A stretch of DNA of 64,000 bases from NCBI GenBank assembly GCA_002189035.1, contig NEEC01000020.1, positions 1,240,001 to 1,304,000 of the forward strand, given 5' to 3'. A program made the translations under genes and the position numbers. Below the pieces are notes generated by a model. The model was not told the origin of the DNA. It did not search any database and saw only the letters and a program-made list of their open reading frames with translations. Shown piece after piece: positions 36,656 through 50,525 of this stretch (its first letter is position 1; each line of letters opens with the position of its first letter). This DNA is from Utricularia gibba (lineage: Eukaryota; Plantae; Magnoliophyta).

Positions 36656-39307
36656 CATCATTATTTTGCATTAACTTTCATTTATTTTAGGTACTATTGT
36701 TAAATATAATCATTTTCGTACTAACTTGGATGAGGCTATGTTGCATCATGTGTTATGGGCATTTGGACCTTGTATACATGCATATAAATATTGCCAACTA
36801 ATTATCTATATTGATGGTACACACTTGTACTCATGATACCGACACAAGTTACTTATTGCAGTAATTCTTGATGGTGATAGAGTTACTTTTCCTTTGACAT
36901 TTGGAATTGTTGAAGAAAAATTGCTTGAGTCATGGCATTGGGTTTTGAACAACCTAGTGGATCATGTTATCAAGTTTGATTCTCATACTACATGTATTAT
37001 TTTTTATTAAAATGTGGGGATACATAAGGCAGCCAATAGTTTTTTAATCTTTCAAGAGCCACAAGGAGCTCATCGATATTGCCTAAAACATTTATATGGG
37101 AATTTTAGAGCTAAGTTTAAATCAGAGGCTCTTCATAATTTATTCTAGAATGCTGTAATGACATCCAAAAAATGAAAGTTTCATATTTTCATGAATAAGA
37201 TAAAATAAAAAAACAAGAATGCTTATGATTATCTTGCTACGATTTCTAGGAAACGATGAACCTTTGTGTATGATGATGGTTATAGATAATCTATGGTTTA
37301 CTTTTATTATATTGAATCTTGTTATCTTTGATTAGTGATTTTGAATCAAATTGCAGGTGTTGGATTATTAGTACTAATATTTCAGAATTGATGAATAGTT
37401 TATTGAGAGGAGTATGAAGACTTACCATCACAACACTAGTTGAAGTTATATTTGAATGATGTGTAAAGATTTTTTTTTTTTTTTGAAAATCACAAGAAAG
37501 TAAGTGTGTTAATGAAAAAGGATGAATATTGGTTCAAATATGCTATTTCAGCCTATCGAAAAAAGGATAAGAAATCTAATGAGTTCAAGGTTATTGAATA
37601 TGACAATGTCAAGCAAATAGTTATAGTGAATCCAAGACGTCGACTTCATAGGGACACCACATACATCACATCTTTGAAGGCTAGCAAATGTTCATGTGAA
37701 AAGTGGAAGCAGCTTGATATACTTTGTTCACATGCTATTCATGTTCCTTTAATCATTTTTTTTCTTAAAATTATGAGAATAACTTCTTTTTTCTTTTTGC
37801 TGATTTTCAAAGCATTTGAAATGGATGCAAGTAATTGTATTTCATATTACTATGAAATTAGAACACTTGCAAAGTTGTATTCAAAGCAATTTAGCCCCCC
37901 ATTACCTCCAAGTGAAAGAGGAAATGCATCATTTCATTTGATACATAATCCAGAAAGACGTATGAAAAAAATAGCTGCATTCTGTGACAAAACAACTCTA
38001 TTTCTAAGTTGTTTGGATGGACATCGATATTGTAAAAGAGTAAAGAAGTAGAGCAAGTTATATTCTCCAGTATAGAGTGATCGCCATGGTGCACGATTGA
38101 TTTATTAGAGTCCCCAGTGGAAGGATTCATTCCATGAACACTTTTCACCCTTCTGTTAACTCTGTGTCATCAGGTTCTAGAATTGGGGATTGTCGTTCAC
38201 TCTGTAGTGATCAAATTATCTATGGGCACATTGTCTAACACCTGCTCAATCAAAGCCTCATCACAACCCTCTGTTTCCACCAACTCTTCAAAGGAATGGG
38301 TCTTGGTGGATGCATACTTCAGGTATTAATAAAATAGAAAACCTGGAATTTCGTTTTCTCCTTTTTTTGTGATAGGTGAGGAATCAATCAAAACCTAAAA
38401 TCTTATTTTATTCTTAAATTTATTAGAACTCTTCAAAGCCTCATTTATAATTTTTCCTCATAATTTTTTAGGGCAAGTCAAATAGGTGAGATAAATAAAT
38501 ATTATTATTTTATCAATATATAAATGATAAATTATAAATATATTATTTTATTAATGTATAATAATTTATTAAATAATAAATATGGGGTACAATTTCAATT
38601 TTGGAAATCTTACAAAAAAAACTTCATTTACAATTTACATTCCCGAAAATTTTTTTTGGATAGATATCCTATATGAGATAAACAAATATTGTTATTTTAT
38701 TAATATATAAAATAATAAATTATAAATATATTATTTTAATGATTAAAATGGTTGAGATATACAAAATGACAAATATGATTAAGATGATGGGGAGTAAATT
38801 TTAGAAATATGACTATTTGTGTAAAATTCCTAATAAACCATTTGCCTAGTAAAACATGCAACCTCTACACATTTGAATTACTTCGACTGTATTGTGTGCA
38901 ATTGGCAGCTAGATACCTTGTTCTCTAGGTGTTGGTTGTGTAGTCCAGGAGAAGCATGCGAGCAAACACTTCTCAACGATGCATTACAATGGAAATCCTT
39001 ATATTTGAATGAAAGTGGAATATATATGAACTTACCACATTTGTTATCCCACAACAAATATTTTAGAATCAATCCTCCATCTTGGGCATTGCAGAAATGT
39101 CCAACCTTTGACACAAGTATTTTGTGGGTTTAACCTAATCGAAGGTCCCCTGCCAACATCAAAAGAATCCCGAGTCTTAAAGATGGCACAAACACTACAG
39201 TATCCGATACCAGAAGACTGCAATGCTGTCCTTCAACAGTTATATGAAGCTAGTACAACTAAAGCATCAAGACTATGCACTGTAATGTTCACAAGGGTGG
39301 TGCACTA

Positions 39308-42300
39308 CTAATTCTGAGGTTTAAGATGTACGGTCAGCTCATCCAAGCTGGGGCAACCAAGGATACGTAATTCATGTTCATTGGCCAGATGTAGAAGGCA
39401 AATGAAGCACAAGTGCGGAGAAATATCTTCCAGAGAAGCTGCAGCTTTGCAAGTATTAGGAAAGTTCGCCAGCACTTGCTTAAAGGATACACTGCAGTTT
39501 TCAGGGGATTCATCTCGGCAAGTTTCCTACGAATGGTGAAGTAATGCATTCATTCACAGAGGATAGGATACGAAAACGAGACTTGGAAATTTTCTATGAA
39601 AATGAACTCACCTCAGCTGAAGTTTGACTTGACTGAATCATATTTTCCCAGATTGTTTCTTTGAGAGAATGAACATCAACTATTTTCGATGTCTTGTCAT
39701 ACTGCACCTCAGTCTTGCTTGTCTGTTTGATTGCCACAGGGTGAAATGAAGAAACAATTTGAAACATGAGAAAGTGAATGCTATCAGAGACTCTGAAAGA
39801 TAAGAGAATCAACCTGTCGAGGTTGCTTGACAAGCATGCTAGTATCCACAAGATGATCGTGATGAGCATATTCGTCATCAAAAGCACTATTTTCGTCATC
39901 ATCCCATGGGACATTTTGTCCATATTCATCATGGGGGTAGTCTTGCACATCTATTCAATGCATTAGGTGTTCCCTCAGTGGAGTGGTAATTTCATGCCAA
40001 GTATAGTTAGCATATCATTTCAGAAAATAAATATATCAGTTGAAAACTTAAAAACAAGTGCAGAAAGACCAGGGATAATGCATCATGAAGATAAATCCAG
40101 GAATTCCCAAGATATTTTTATGGTACATGCGAATTTTGATGCATGATTCAACTATCATAGAAAATATGAGAATTAACAAACAAAACTAACCAGTTCTTTT
40201 CCTTCCCTTATTTCCAAAGCACTGCAACCAAAAAATCAGAAAAAAATATTATCAACACTCAGATGCAAAAACAGCATATCAATGGTAGGAGCATTAACTT
40301 TACCAGAACATGAGGCAAAAGAAACAACTTCATAAGATCCTCTGGTTGGTAGTGACAATCTTCAGGAAGCTTCTTGTTGCTAGGAGCTCTGTTCGAAGGA
40401 AGTAACAGGGACTTCGAATTCTTGGGAGCCAAGAATAAATGAGAATAATCATTATTTATGGAACTGGAAAAATTAATTTCCTTCTCTGTTTTTTTTATTT
40501 TTGTTTTCTTTTCCTTTGGCAGCGTATTTTCCTTAAATTGAGCTGCAGAGTCTACAAATGACAAACAGTGAGAACTTATGTATAATGCACAGTTAAACAT
40601 ACATATTTTACCTGAAATTTTTCGATACTTCCAATGATTGGGACCAGCCCAAGCATTTTGCTTTGTTGAAAATCCTAAGCTAACGAGCAAGTACTGATCA
40701 ACTTCCTCCAATCTATCTTCCTCACCAGGATCACGACAAAAATGCTTCGAGAGCATCAATACTAAGTTACATATTGCATGAAATCTTTTGAAATAACCAC
40801 CTTAAGAGAGATCAGGGAAGGGAATTTAAGGAAAAAATTTTACCAACTCAGGGGCATGTTGGTGACTCGGGATTTCCCCATTATGAGTGCAATTACCGTC
40901 TTCCAGTACACTTAAATGGTCATCATGATCGAGTTCCCAGCTTCCAGGATTTCCAGGTGCATCGCTAATGAAATCAACTTCAATGTCAGTTTTGTCATTA
41001 CCTTGCCAGAGAACACTTTCAGCAGAATTCAAAGACTCAGAGTGCGTTCCATGATGATCACCAAATTGCTCGTTTATCACCCTAAGACTGGGGGTTATAT
41101 CAATTGTGTTGAACATTTTCATCACCATTTCTTGAATGCATCCTACGAAAACAGAAAGGATTATAAAAAAATGTGTCAAAAAAAAATCAGCTGTTATGAA
41201 AGAAACCATGAAAATGAAAACATTAGATTCTGAATTTGTTGAAATATGATGTATAAACCTGCAGCGAAGGACAAATCAACAGTTTCTGCCAATTCGAATT
41301 GAGGCACTGGAGATGAATGCATCCCAGGTATTTCCTTGGAATCGAAGAGGACTCTGCAGTTATCATAAACGCCTAGATTATTTAACAACAGACCCCTCGC
41401 TCCTCCTTCATCGAACTGTGCTGAAGTCTGGTGGTATAGAGGGTCTACTACAAATGCAGCTGAAGGGGGAAAAAATATTCAACACACATTTTAAGCAGTC
41501 ACTATGAACATCACAAATCCAAAAAAAAAAAAAAAAATCTGAGACTGATATAAAAGAAACAGAGATAAAGATTGAAACACTAACAGAAAGAGACTCGAAA
41601 TTCTTTAAAGGCTAATCTAACGAACATTACCATCAAACTTCTTCACATTTAGAGCAGCAAAAGAAGACTCGAGTGTGGACAAGGGTGACAGCTGCATTAG
41701 CATAACGAGAATTTGTAAGATGCATCAAATGTTCAATCTAGAGAATGTTAACATAAATAATTCAAGATAAAACATGAAAGAAAGGGCGCACCTTTTTTCC
41801 ATGATCTCTCATTTCACCATTTTCTGCATGTTCAGCTCTCTTGTTTTCATCCACTGTCACATGATCTGGCAAGAGAAAACTATGCAGATCACAAAGTAGG
41901 TCTACTGGTTAAAAAAAGTGTCCTTCAAAAATTAAATGACCTAATAACATATGAAATTTGAAAACGCAACATGAGTTAGGAAGAGCAACAATTTTTTTTT
42001 TTTTTTGAGCGAGGAATAGAAAAAGTGAGTTTTAAGAGGTTAGACCCATTATGGAAATAAAATCATTATTAACATCCGTAAGGAAATAAAGTGAGTTTCA
42101 AATTAATCATGACCGAAGGAAACAAATTAAAGCATGACATGAAATGCAACCATTAACATACAATACGGAAACCGAAAGGTTCTCCTTGTAGTATAAAGGC
42201 AAACCTTCTTCAGGTTCCTGTCCAACACGATTAATTCCACCAAGAACTTTATATACTTCAGAATGTGTAGAATCAACTCTCATAGAATAAATTTTAACCC

Positions 42301-43129
42301 CAGCTTCAAGGGTACAGCTCGCCTGTAGATTCATTGCGGTGATGTATGCATTAAGGCTTATGAACGTTGGTGGAAACCTCATAACCCAAGTCAAGCCATA
42401 TACCACAAAAAAGCTACAAATAATAGTTGCATCATCACAAACAAATGTTCAATAGTATGAAGGCGGAGGAACATTGGTCTTCAATAAAACAAAATTAACA
42501 TTTCTTATTCCCTATAGATTTGAGGCACTAAGATTCAACTCCATATTTTCTTATCAGTATCCTTACTGATACACCACTCAAGATGATACTAACGAGAAAA
42601 TATGTTCACCTGTACCAATTTCTGTTGCCAAATTCTTAGAAGTGTAAGAAAATTAACATTTAAAAAAAAAAAAACAGGTGAATAATTCATACCTTTTGGA
42701 AGTTGGTTTCATCGTCATTTTCTTCTTCGACCTTAATAATTTCACAAAGATGATCTATCAAGTTCAGTTCCCATGTGTTCTTCTGATTGATTTTCTGCGT
42801 GAAAAAAAAATCATAAATTCAAAAGACATCAAAAATGACGAAAGCATCCAGAAACAAAATCAGAAAGTAACGCGAACATTTTCGCTAGCGAGTTTGATAC
42901 AGTTGTGAAACAGCTCAAGAACTTGCTCTTTGCCTAGACATAGGTCATCACGGGGCATGGCAGATGTGTCCGGAGCTAAAGACTTGCGGCGCATGGCGGC
43001 CGCGCGCGCAGCACGTGCCTGAGAGCGCTCCAGGCTGTCGTCGTTGGAGCGGATGAAGCGAGGGCTCTTCGTCGGTGAGAATGGGATTCTCTGCCTAGGG
43101 TTAGGGCTTCGTATTCGTACGTCGGCCAT
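39308..43129 (-). CDS. CAPH: Condensin complex subunit 2 (CAP-H / Barren, kleisin), about 12 exons
   Basis: MADVRIRSP...LELFHNCIKLASEN|KINQKNTWELNLIDHL...TNFQK|ASCTLEAGVKIYSMRVDSTHSEVYKVLGG; DPLYHQTSAQFDEGGARGLLLNNL; NAWAGPNHWKY; LPEDCHYQPEDL; DISPHLCFICLLHLANEHELRI; TAG at 39310-39308. Confidence 0.95.
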
Positions 43130-44560
43130 AACTCAACTGATTACCAGTGCTTCGGAGCCGGAGACTAGACACCTTTCGACGGCTTTTTGAAATGTTGGCC
43201 TTTTCCCTCCCGAACCAGAAACACGTAAGAAATTTTTTAAGAGGGTGAGGCTGGGTGTATTACAGCCGAGGAAGTTAATTTTTTGATAAAATGAGCATCC
43301 GACACCCATTTAGTAAATAATACGTGAGTAATACGTTAAAATATAATAAATTAATATTATTGAAAAACTAAATATTAAAATATATAATTTATTAATATTA
43401 TCCTCTTTTCATTTAAAAAATATTTAAATTTAACTCTAATCTTCTATACACTAGTCTATTTTTCGCTACATATGTAATTCAACCAAAACTTTTCCTCACC
43501 CTTGCAATTCAGCATAAAATTTTCCCCACTTTTACAATTCATTTGAAGCCTAATATTTTTTTATCAATCAATATCAATGAAAATGATACTTTGATTGGTA
43601 GAATGATACTTTGATTATGCATTCATTAATTATTTGTATTGACTCTGTTAATGCTTATTTTAGATTTTTAAAACTTGAAACTAGAAAATAGAAAATGCAA
43701 GTGAAACCAACACAAATGAAGATATATGGCCATTATGGAATTATTTTTTAAAGGTAAAAGGAGTTAGAGAAGCATGTAGTAATATTGAATTTATATGTTT
43801 ATATTATAATTCCACTTACAAGTAATTATATTCCAAAGTGAAGGAATATTTGTTAGGATTAACAATGAAAGGAAATACAAGTTTGTGAAACTATAACAAG
43901 ATTATGGTGTGTTATGTTGCTTAACATGAAAAAGGAATCATAGGAAATAAGATTAAGAAATAAAAGAAGAATTATCATTTTATTGCAATCAAAATATAGC
44001 AATTCATCTGTCGATATGGACTCTACGAAAAAAGTAAAAAAATAATGGCCAACAAACAATAGACACTATTTAGAATCATAAAATTCAAAAAGAATTAAAT
44101 CAAGTAATTACAAGAACATATATATTTTTTTGTTGGTATTCTTTTCATTTTAGAAAATCATATCAATTAGCATGTAAATTAAACATTTCAAGTTTATATT
44201 TTTTTTTAAAATGTTTTCTATTTATTAATATTATTTGGTTTCAAAACTTTGTATATTTTATAGGTTGCAAATCTCTATCATATGATTCTTTATGAATCAA
44301 GGTAAATACAAAATTAAAGAAAGGCATTGAAGAAAAATTTCAAATTATTAAAGATATTTGGTAGTTAAAAGGTGTGACTATAAAATAAAAAAATAATTTT
44401 TATTTTATGAAATATAATTTATCATAGAGATAAAAAAAATATTTGATAAATATTATAGATGAAATAGGATTATTTTGCAAACATTTGCAAAATAGGACTA
44501 CTATACAAAACTTTTTTTTCTTCGTTTGGCACAATTGTTCAGGGTCGAAGTTCCGAGGAA

Positions 44561-46627
44561 ATGGGGACTTGCGTCGCACAAAACTACTACTCGACGGACT
44601 TCGAGTGGGATGAACTGAAACAGGAGGTTGAACGCAATCCCTGTTTTCAATGGCATCTGCTTCCTTTCAAGTGCAGCTCCTTGGAAGATGCGCAACAGGC
44701 CACCCCTGTGGAGGCTTGGAATAAGTTCTATGCTCGTCATTCCTCTGGAAAATTCTTTAAGGTGAAGCCGCGACTGTATGTGAACTCAGCCTCTTCTCCT
44801 TTTCTCTGTTATTCATTGTGGTGGGATCTTTGCAGGAGCGACGCTACTTGTTGAAGGAGTTTCCTGAGTTGGGATCATGCAAAGAAGGATCAAGGGTTTT
44901 GGAAGTGGGCTGTGGTAATGGTAGTACAGCTTTGGCAATATTGGGGTAACTACATGTCTTTAAATCCTGCGTTGTATTTGATTTGATGACCAGGGGATTG
45001 AGTGGTTATGAGAATTTTCTTGTTCATGTTTTAGGATTTCCTCTTTGTTTCTATGAAGAGTCTGTTGAATGCACTGGGCTGTCTGTAACCAAGTGCCAAA
45101 CTTGCACCTTTCTCCTTGAAATTATATGCTGTACCTACAATGAAATATGAAACTGGTGCGCAGCTCAGGACTTTTGAAGGATCTGTACCCGTTTAAATTT
45201 GAGAATCGATATGACTGAATTTGATTTTATTGCCTTCTGAGAAAAAATATCATGTTGCTAATTAGACATCACTTCATCTGTTTACATTCTTGGGCTGTTA
45301 TTTCTTTTTAAAATTGATAAAATCTTTAGATTATTAAAAGTTGGTAACTTCGTCATTCTCTGTTTGTGCAGCGGGCAATCAAGCAGTGTAGTGTATGCTT
45401 GTGATTGTAGCAATGAGGCTATTTCAAAGGCAAAGGAGATTGTAATTGCTGCTGATTCGATATGTAATCCAGATCGGTTTTTTCCATTCCAGTGTGATTT
45501 TTCAAAAAATGGCTTCCCTTCGTGGCTGATCTACAATGATAAAGTGTCCCAGAAGCATCATTTAGAATCCTTCAGTAATACTTTATTACTCCTCACATTT
45601 TTTGTTCTATGATCGAAGTATAATTTCATGTGTATATTCTACTTGTGTCCTACATGTATCTGATCTTGTGTTACTCTTATTTTTTTGCTTTTGATATTTA
45701 ACTAGCTGAAAAAGAGCGGCCTGAAGCATCATCTCCTGAGGAAACGAGTTGCTACATCGGTGGAGTAGATTTTGTCACCCTGGTATGTGCACTCTTAATA
45801 CTAAAAGTACCTCACTTTTTGAGCTCCAAAGCGTAGTGGAAAAGTGGAGGTGGTTGAAAACTGAACTGTTTTCTTATCATTGTCAGATATTCACTTTATC
45901 CGCTATACCGTATGAAAGAATGCAAGTGGTCATCAGACATTGCTTTTCAGTTTTGAAGCCTGGAGGCCTTTTGTTTTTCCGAGATTATGGTACAAGACAT
46001 CAGTGGGATCCCCCTTTTTGCAAGATGCATATGATGATTCAAATTTTTCATGTCAGTTCAGGTCTTTACGATATGACAATGCTGAGGTTTAAGCCTGATC
46101 AGAGGGTGAGTTACCGTGAATACATGAGGTCCGACGGCACAAGATCATACTTTTTCTGCTTGGATACTACAAGAGCTTTAACATCTTCAGCTGGCTTCAA
46201 TGAGGTACGGTTACAGCAAAATCTTCACTCTTTAATATTAACCATAGTATGGGCATGAGCTGTACACCTAGAAACTCTAATTTCGCAAAAAAAATTGATC
46301 ATGATCCAGTTTGTTTGCTGCATGGTCGTTTGAAATTGTAGCAAAACAAGCGGAAGCATAAAATGATGCTGTGTTACAGCTTATTTTGTTTTTTGTAGTT
46401 CATATGCGGTTTTGGTTGTGTTATTCTGCAAACAGAACCTGGACCATTATCCAATATCTATGACTGAAGATATGCTCTACTTTTCATCAGCTCTGGCATC
46501 ATTTTCCCCTTTGTCTCTTTTGTAGTTGCAGCTTGAGTATTGTTGTGTAAATTCAGTAAATAGGCGAAATGGGAAGAACATGAAGCGAGTATGGGTTCAT
46601 GGCAAGTTTCAGAAGCCTGCTGTGTAG
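44561..46627 (+). CDS. METTL6: METTL6/Trm140-like SAM-dependent methyltransferase (probable tRNA m3C), 7 exons
   Basis: AWNKFYARHSSGKFFK|ERRYLLKEFPEL..VLEVGCGNGST; VYACDCSNEAI; VDFVTL|IFTLSAIP..VLKPGGLLFFRDYG|LYDMTMLRF..YMRSDGTRSYFF; VNRRNGKNMKRVWVHGKFQKP, TAG at 46625-27. Confidence 0.9.
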
Positions 46628-49600
46628 CTTACCAAGTGTTTGTCAGATTCCATTTTTTCTTTTTTTTTGTTGGGACAGCGCGGATTGCCCACCCATAAAC
46701 GATACAGTATTTGCTCGGATATAGGTTTTTTCACTCACTACATTTTAAAAATAAGACCAAATAATATAAAGATTTATACCAAACATGTGTAGCAACTTGG
46801 GAAATTTCTAAACAGATGGGTAATGGCTTGCATTGCCATTTGTCTCGAAATATAGGTGTAGAGACTATAATCGCATTGAGAGGATGCCTAAATAGATAGG
46901 TGCCCAAATATAAGTGAAGAGAAATGCACGAAAGCAATAAAGGGATAGTGTCTCAAAAGAATTGTTACATATCATTTTCCCAATAAAGTTTGAATAAAAA
47001 AACATAAAACATAGGATTTGCATTATAAATATCGATCATAGAAAGTTGAGATTTTATGAAAGTTGAACTTTCTTTCACATAAGGAATGGCTAAGCCTAAC
47101 AACCAACATGGAGCTCAATAATCTTCAAATTCCTCATTTAACACTTGTGCCATCTTAGGCGATCTAGAGGCTACAAGAAAGCCCACCCAAGCCTGTCAAT
47201 GCATCAAGCGGTACTCATTGGACAACATTAGGAGGTGAATTTGAAAAATAACCATCTTATTGTTACTGTATGTGAAAAATAATCATCCTAATTGTAAAAT
47301 TTTAATTTGACTATTAGTGTGTTTGCTGTAGAGTATAAAGGGGGATAATTAAATAGAAAAAGAAAAATAGGATGTTTGATAAGTAAGATAAATTATATTT
47401 AGTATAATTTATACCATGAATATGAGATAAAATAATGGGAAAATAAAGGTTGAGATAAAATTATATTATCATATACCCCCTCTTTATATACCTCCTCTTA
47501 TCCTTAGTATAATTTATTCATTTACCAAACACAATCTATATGAAAAATAATGTCAAGATGATTACTTTTCAAAACTGATCCAATATTAGGGGCTATAGCA
47601 CCTAAGAGCCTCATAACACACTATTTGTTAGTATTTCTATGAAATTAATATATTTACTGGTGAAATTTGGTGCTTTATATATACGGTTTTTAATATTTTG
47701 ATAATTTTAAGATTTTTTTATTTTTATCAGTAATATCATTAAAATAATGATGATAATATCTATAAGGAAGCAAGTTCAAGCACAAAAAGCAATGATCTTA
47801 TCAAATTCATCTATTTCAAAAACATACCTAGTATGAGATAGCAAAATATCCTCAACAGCAATCCTTCAAAATATCTTCAAGCTCACATTGGCATGAGTAA
47901 TGCAAACAATAGATAACCATATACCAGTAACAATCCTTGGTGCTATTTAGCTACAAGGGTTGAACCACCAATCTCTGGAATGACAAGGATAGTAGCCCAA
48001 TAACCTATCAAAACAAAGGCAAGGGAAACGCTCTGATGAACATTAGCTTGGAAATACAAAGGTCAGGATAGCCACCAATAACCTCCAAGCGTTAAATGGA
48101 AATGTTTAGTGCGAGCACCTCACATTCAACCCACAAGCTAAAAGTATAGAGGAGAACCTTAGAATCTCTCATTTATAAGCAAGCACCATTGACGATTAGT
48201 AAGGAGGTCATTAGACAACATCAAATGTCTAGGTACTGAACCAAACATCAAAAGTATGTGAAAATGCTTAAAGTAATAATGTGAAAATACTTGACCAACA
48301 TTCTTCAAATGATAAAAGGTCTGAAAATATGGCTAGATTGCTCTTGAATAACTTCTCATTCACTCTATTGAATAATTAAAAAAAAAAGAGATAGAAAGGA
48401 ATGAAAAAAAATTAAGGTGGCAATTATTTTCTTAGTGATTTTAAGTATGTTAATTCATTATTCTTATTTTATAAAGCTCTCTCCAAAGAGAAACTATTCG
48501 TGCATGTTTGAGCGATAATATGCCGCAAAGACAAGCATCCATGTACTTCATGCATCAAAAATCAAAATATGGTCATTCATGTTCTTCATGTACGATTTCT
48601 AAAATCAGGATTTTATTAATCTAAGTTTGAGATTACGAACAATTCTAATATCGTTATAACACCTTTCTATCGACATTACTATCAAAGGTAGGTTATTTTA
48701 AAATAATACTACTTATTAATTGTTATAGTATCATTCATAATTCAGTAGAATTAGCAAATCAATTATGTAACTAGAGTTATTTTACATAATTTGTGTTTTT
48801 CTTCACATTCCATTGTAACTCTTATAATTCACATCCTCACAAATAGATTAAACCAAATATGCATTAATAATTATTTCTGATTGAAAACTTCTTTTTAGAT
48901 GTTTGAGATCATTTTTGAATTCTCATACATATTTTTAGGGTTTTAAATAATAATTAAAAATAGGTAAAAAAAAATTTGTATAAAACAAAATCAAATCTCA
49001 GAATAAATGTCAAAAAACATATAATAAAACATTATCACAATAAATACTTATGGAAAGAGTTGTCAATCACATATACTCAACTCTAAAATTCGAAAAACAC
49101 TAAAAATAAAAGTTAAATATCAACATAAAAGTGCAGGACTCGACTACACGATTCCGAAAACAACTTCAATACTTTAGATGCTTCCAAGGCTAACAGTCTT
49201 TTATATGGGAAGAGATGTAAATCTTTTGACTAATATGATTTTCAGATATGAATCTTATCTAAGTCTTTTTGTTGACTGAGATAATAATTCAAATCTTCAT
49301 TCTTAATGCAAATTGGTTTTCTTTTGTGTTCAAATTCGTGTTCCTTTGGACCCATCTAGAATTTGGTTACAAACTATCTTTATATTGAACCGAAATTATT
49401 CTAAAAAATCACAAACATAATTTTGTCTAAAAAATATCAAATTAGTATGAATGCATGCAAAAATCGCTAAAAAAGATGGAAAAATGTATAGATAAAAGAT
49501 ATAAAATGATTCAAAAATACTATGCGAAACCATAATTTAGAGTGATAAAATGTTTCTCATCAGTAGTAGGGTTTGTAAGGAGTGTTATGTTCTATCTCTC

Positions 49601-49809
49601 TGCTGCGTTGTTTATGTTCCATGTTTACTTGAGTGGTGAGATTTAATTGTGGCAGGTTGTTGGTTTCCTTTTGTATTATATATTTTTTTTTCAAAAGAAA
49701 AAGTCTGGGCGGAAAATCGGGTAAAATATCACGAATAAAAAAAAATTACTGATTAAAAAAAAAGAATAAGCATCAATTTTGTCTGGAGCATATCCGCTCC
49801 CTTATGCTT

Positions 49810-49975
49810 TTTAACCACGGTGGTGACCGTGGCTCTCGGATTCCAACCATGGTTACTTTGACGATCGTCGATGTACGAACACGCGTACGGTAAAGATCAT
49901 CTTCCAACGGATATATTCTTTCTCAGATTTTTATATAGAGTTCTATCCGCAGTTGCCCTCTCAAAAACCCTAGAA
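49810..49975 (+). promoter_or_regulatory. Core promoter region of the cyclophilin gene
   Basis: TATA-like TTATATAG (~49930), telo-box AAACCCTA (49965-72), TCCAACGG (~49903) and inverted repeat CCACGG-tggtga-CCGTGG (49815-32). Confidence 0.55.
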
Positions 49976-50000
49976 ACAATTCCACTCTGTAGTGTTGAGG

Positions 50001-50525
50001 ATGGCGAATCCGAATCCGAGAGTCTTCTTTGATATGACCGTCGGCGGTGCGCCCGTGGGGCGGATCGTGATTGAGCTATACGCGGACATCGTTCCGAGGA
50101 CCGCCGAGAACTTCCGTGCGCTCTGCACCGGCGAGAAGGGGGTGGGCAGATCTGGGAAGCCTCTTCACTACAAGGGATCTTCTTTCCACCGCGTAATCCC
50201 TGGATTCATGTGCCAGGGCGGCGATTTTACCGCGGGGAATGGTACCGGAGGGGAATCGATCTACGGATCGAAGTTCGCGGATGAGAATTTCGTGAAGAAG
50301 CACACTGGACCCGGAGTGCTGTCGATGGCGAACGCTGGTCCAGGGACCAACGGTTCGCAGTTTTTCATATGCACCGCGAAGACCGAGTGGCTGGATGGGA
50401 AACACGTTGTGTTTGGCAACGTTGTTGAGGGACTGGATGTGGTGAAGGCGATTGAGAGGGTTGGATCTCAAGGTGGAAGGACCTCGAAGCCGGTCGTGAT
50501 CGCGGATTGCGGGCAGCTCAGCTAG
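50001..50525 (+). CDS. CYP: Cytosolic single-domain cyclophilin (peptidyl-prolyl cis-trans isomerase, ROC1/CYP18-19 type), intronless
   Basis: [77 protein letters not shown]. The active-site residues and the plant divergent loop are intact. The ATG at 50001 is preferred over the ORF-track GTG at 49992. Confidence 0.98.
   Translation: MANPNPRVFFDMTVGGAPVGRIVIELYADIVPRTAENFRALCTGEKGVGRSGKPLHYKGSSFHRVIPGFMCQGGDFTAGNGTGGESIYGSKFADENFVKKHTGPGVLSMANAGPGTNGSQFFICTAKTEWLDGKHVVFGNVVEGLDVVKAIERVGSQGGRTSKPVVIADCGQLS

Larger units (their letters stand above)
29281..38130 (+). pseudogene. MuDRA-like transposase pseudogene of the outer MULE, split into 29281-30092 and 36691-~38130 by a nested insertion
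   Basis: ..YLKAIQDATAG| (GT donor at 30093) joins in phase to |GTIVKY..VLWAFGPCIHAYKYCQLIIYIDGTHLY..LLIAVILDGD..FPLTFGIVEE (AG acceptor at 36689-90). HRYCLKHLYGNF (~37075) and SWIM finger CSCEKWKQLDILCSHAI (~37690). Premature stops are present. Confidence 0.85.
29078..38831 (+). mobile_element. Mutator-like DNA transposon (outer MULE) with ~240-bp TIRs and a degenerate 10-bp TSD
   Basis: Left TIR 29078-~29318 (GGGAATTTTACACAAAGAGTAATATTTT...) aligns with the reverse complement of ~38592-38831 (AGGAATTTTACACAAATAGTCATATTTC...). Flanks AATGAACCGT (29068-77) and AATAAACCAT (38832-41) match at 8/10. Confidence 0.9.

Noticed and set aside
42556-42563. GTATCCTT U12-type donor motif
   Set aside because: On the plus strand inside the minus-strand CAP-H gene; all inferred introns are ordinary GT-AG.
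47580-48330. Possible LINE RNaseH-like relic, and a Tourist-like MITE at ~47318-47535
   Set aside because: Too degenerate; no continuous motif, TIR or TSD could be established by eye.
50076-50471. 131-aa antisense ORF over the cyclophilin
   Set aside because: Antisense shadow of a GC-rich CDS.
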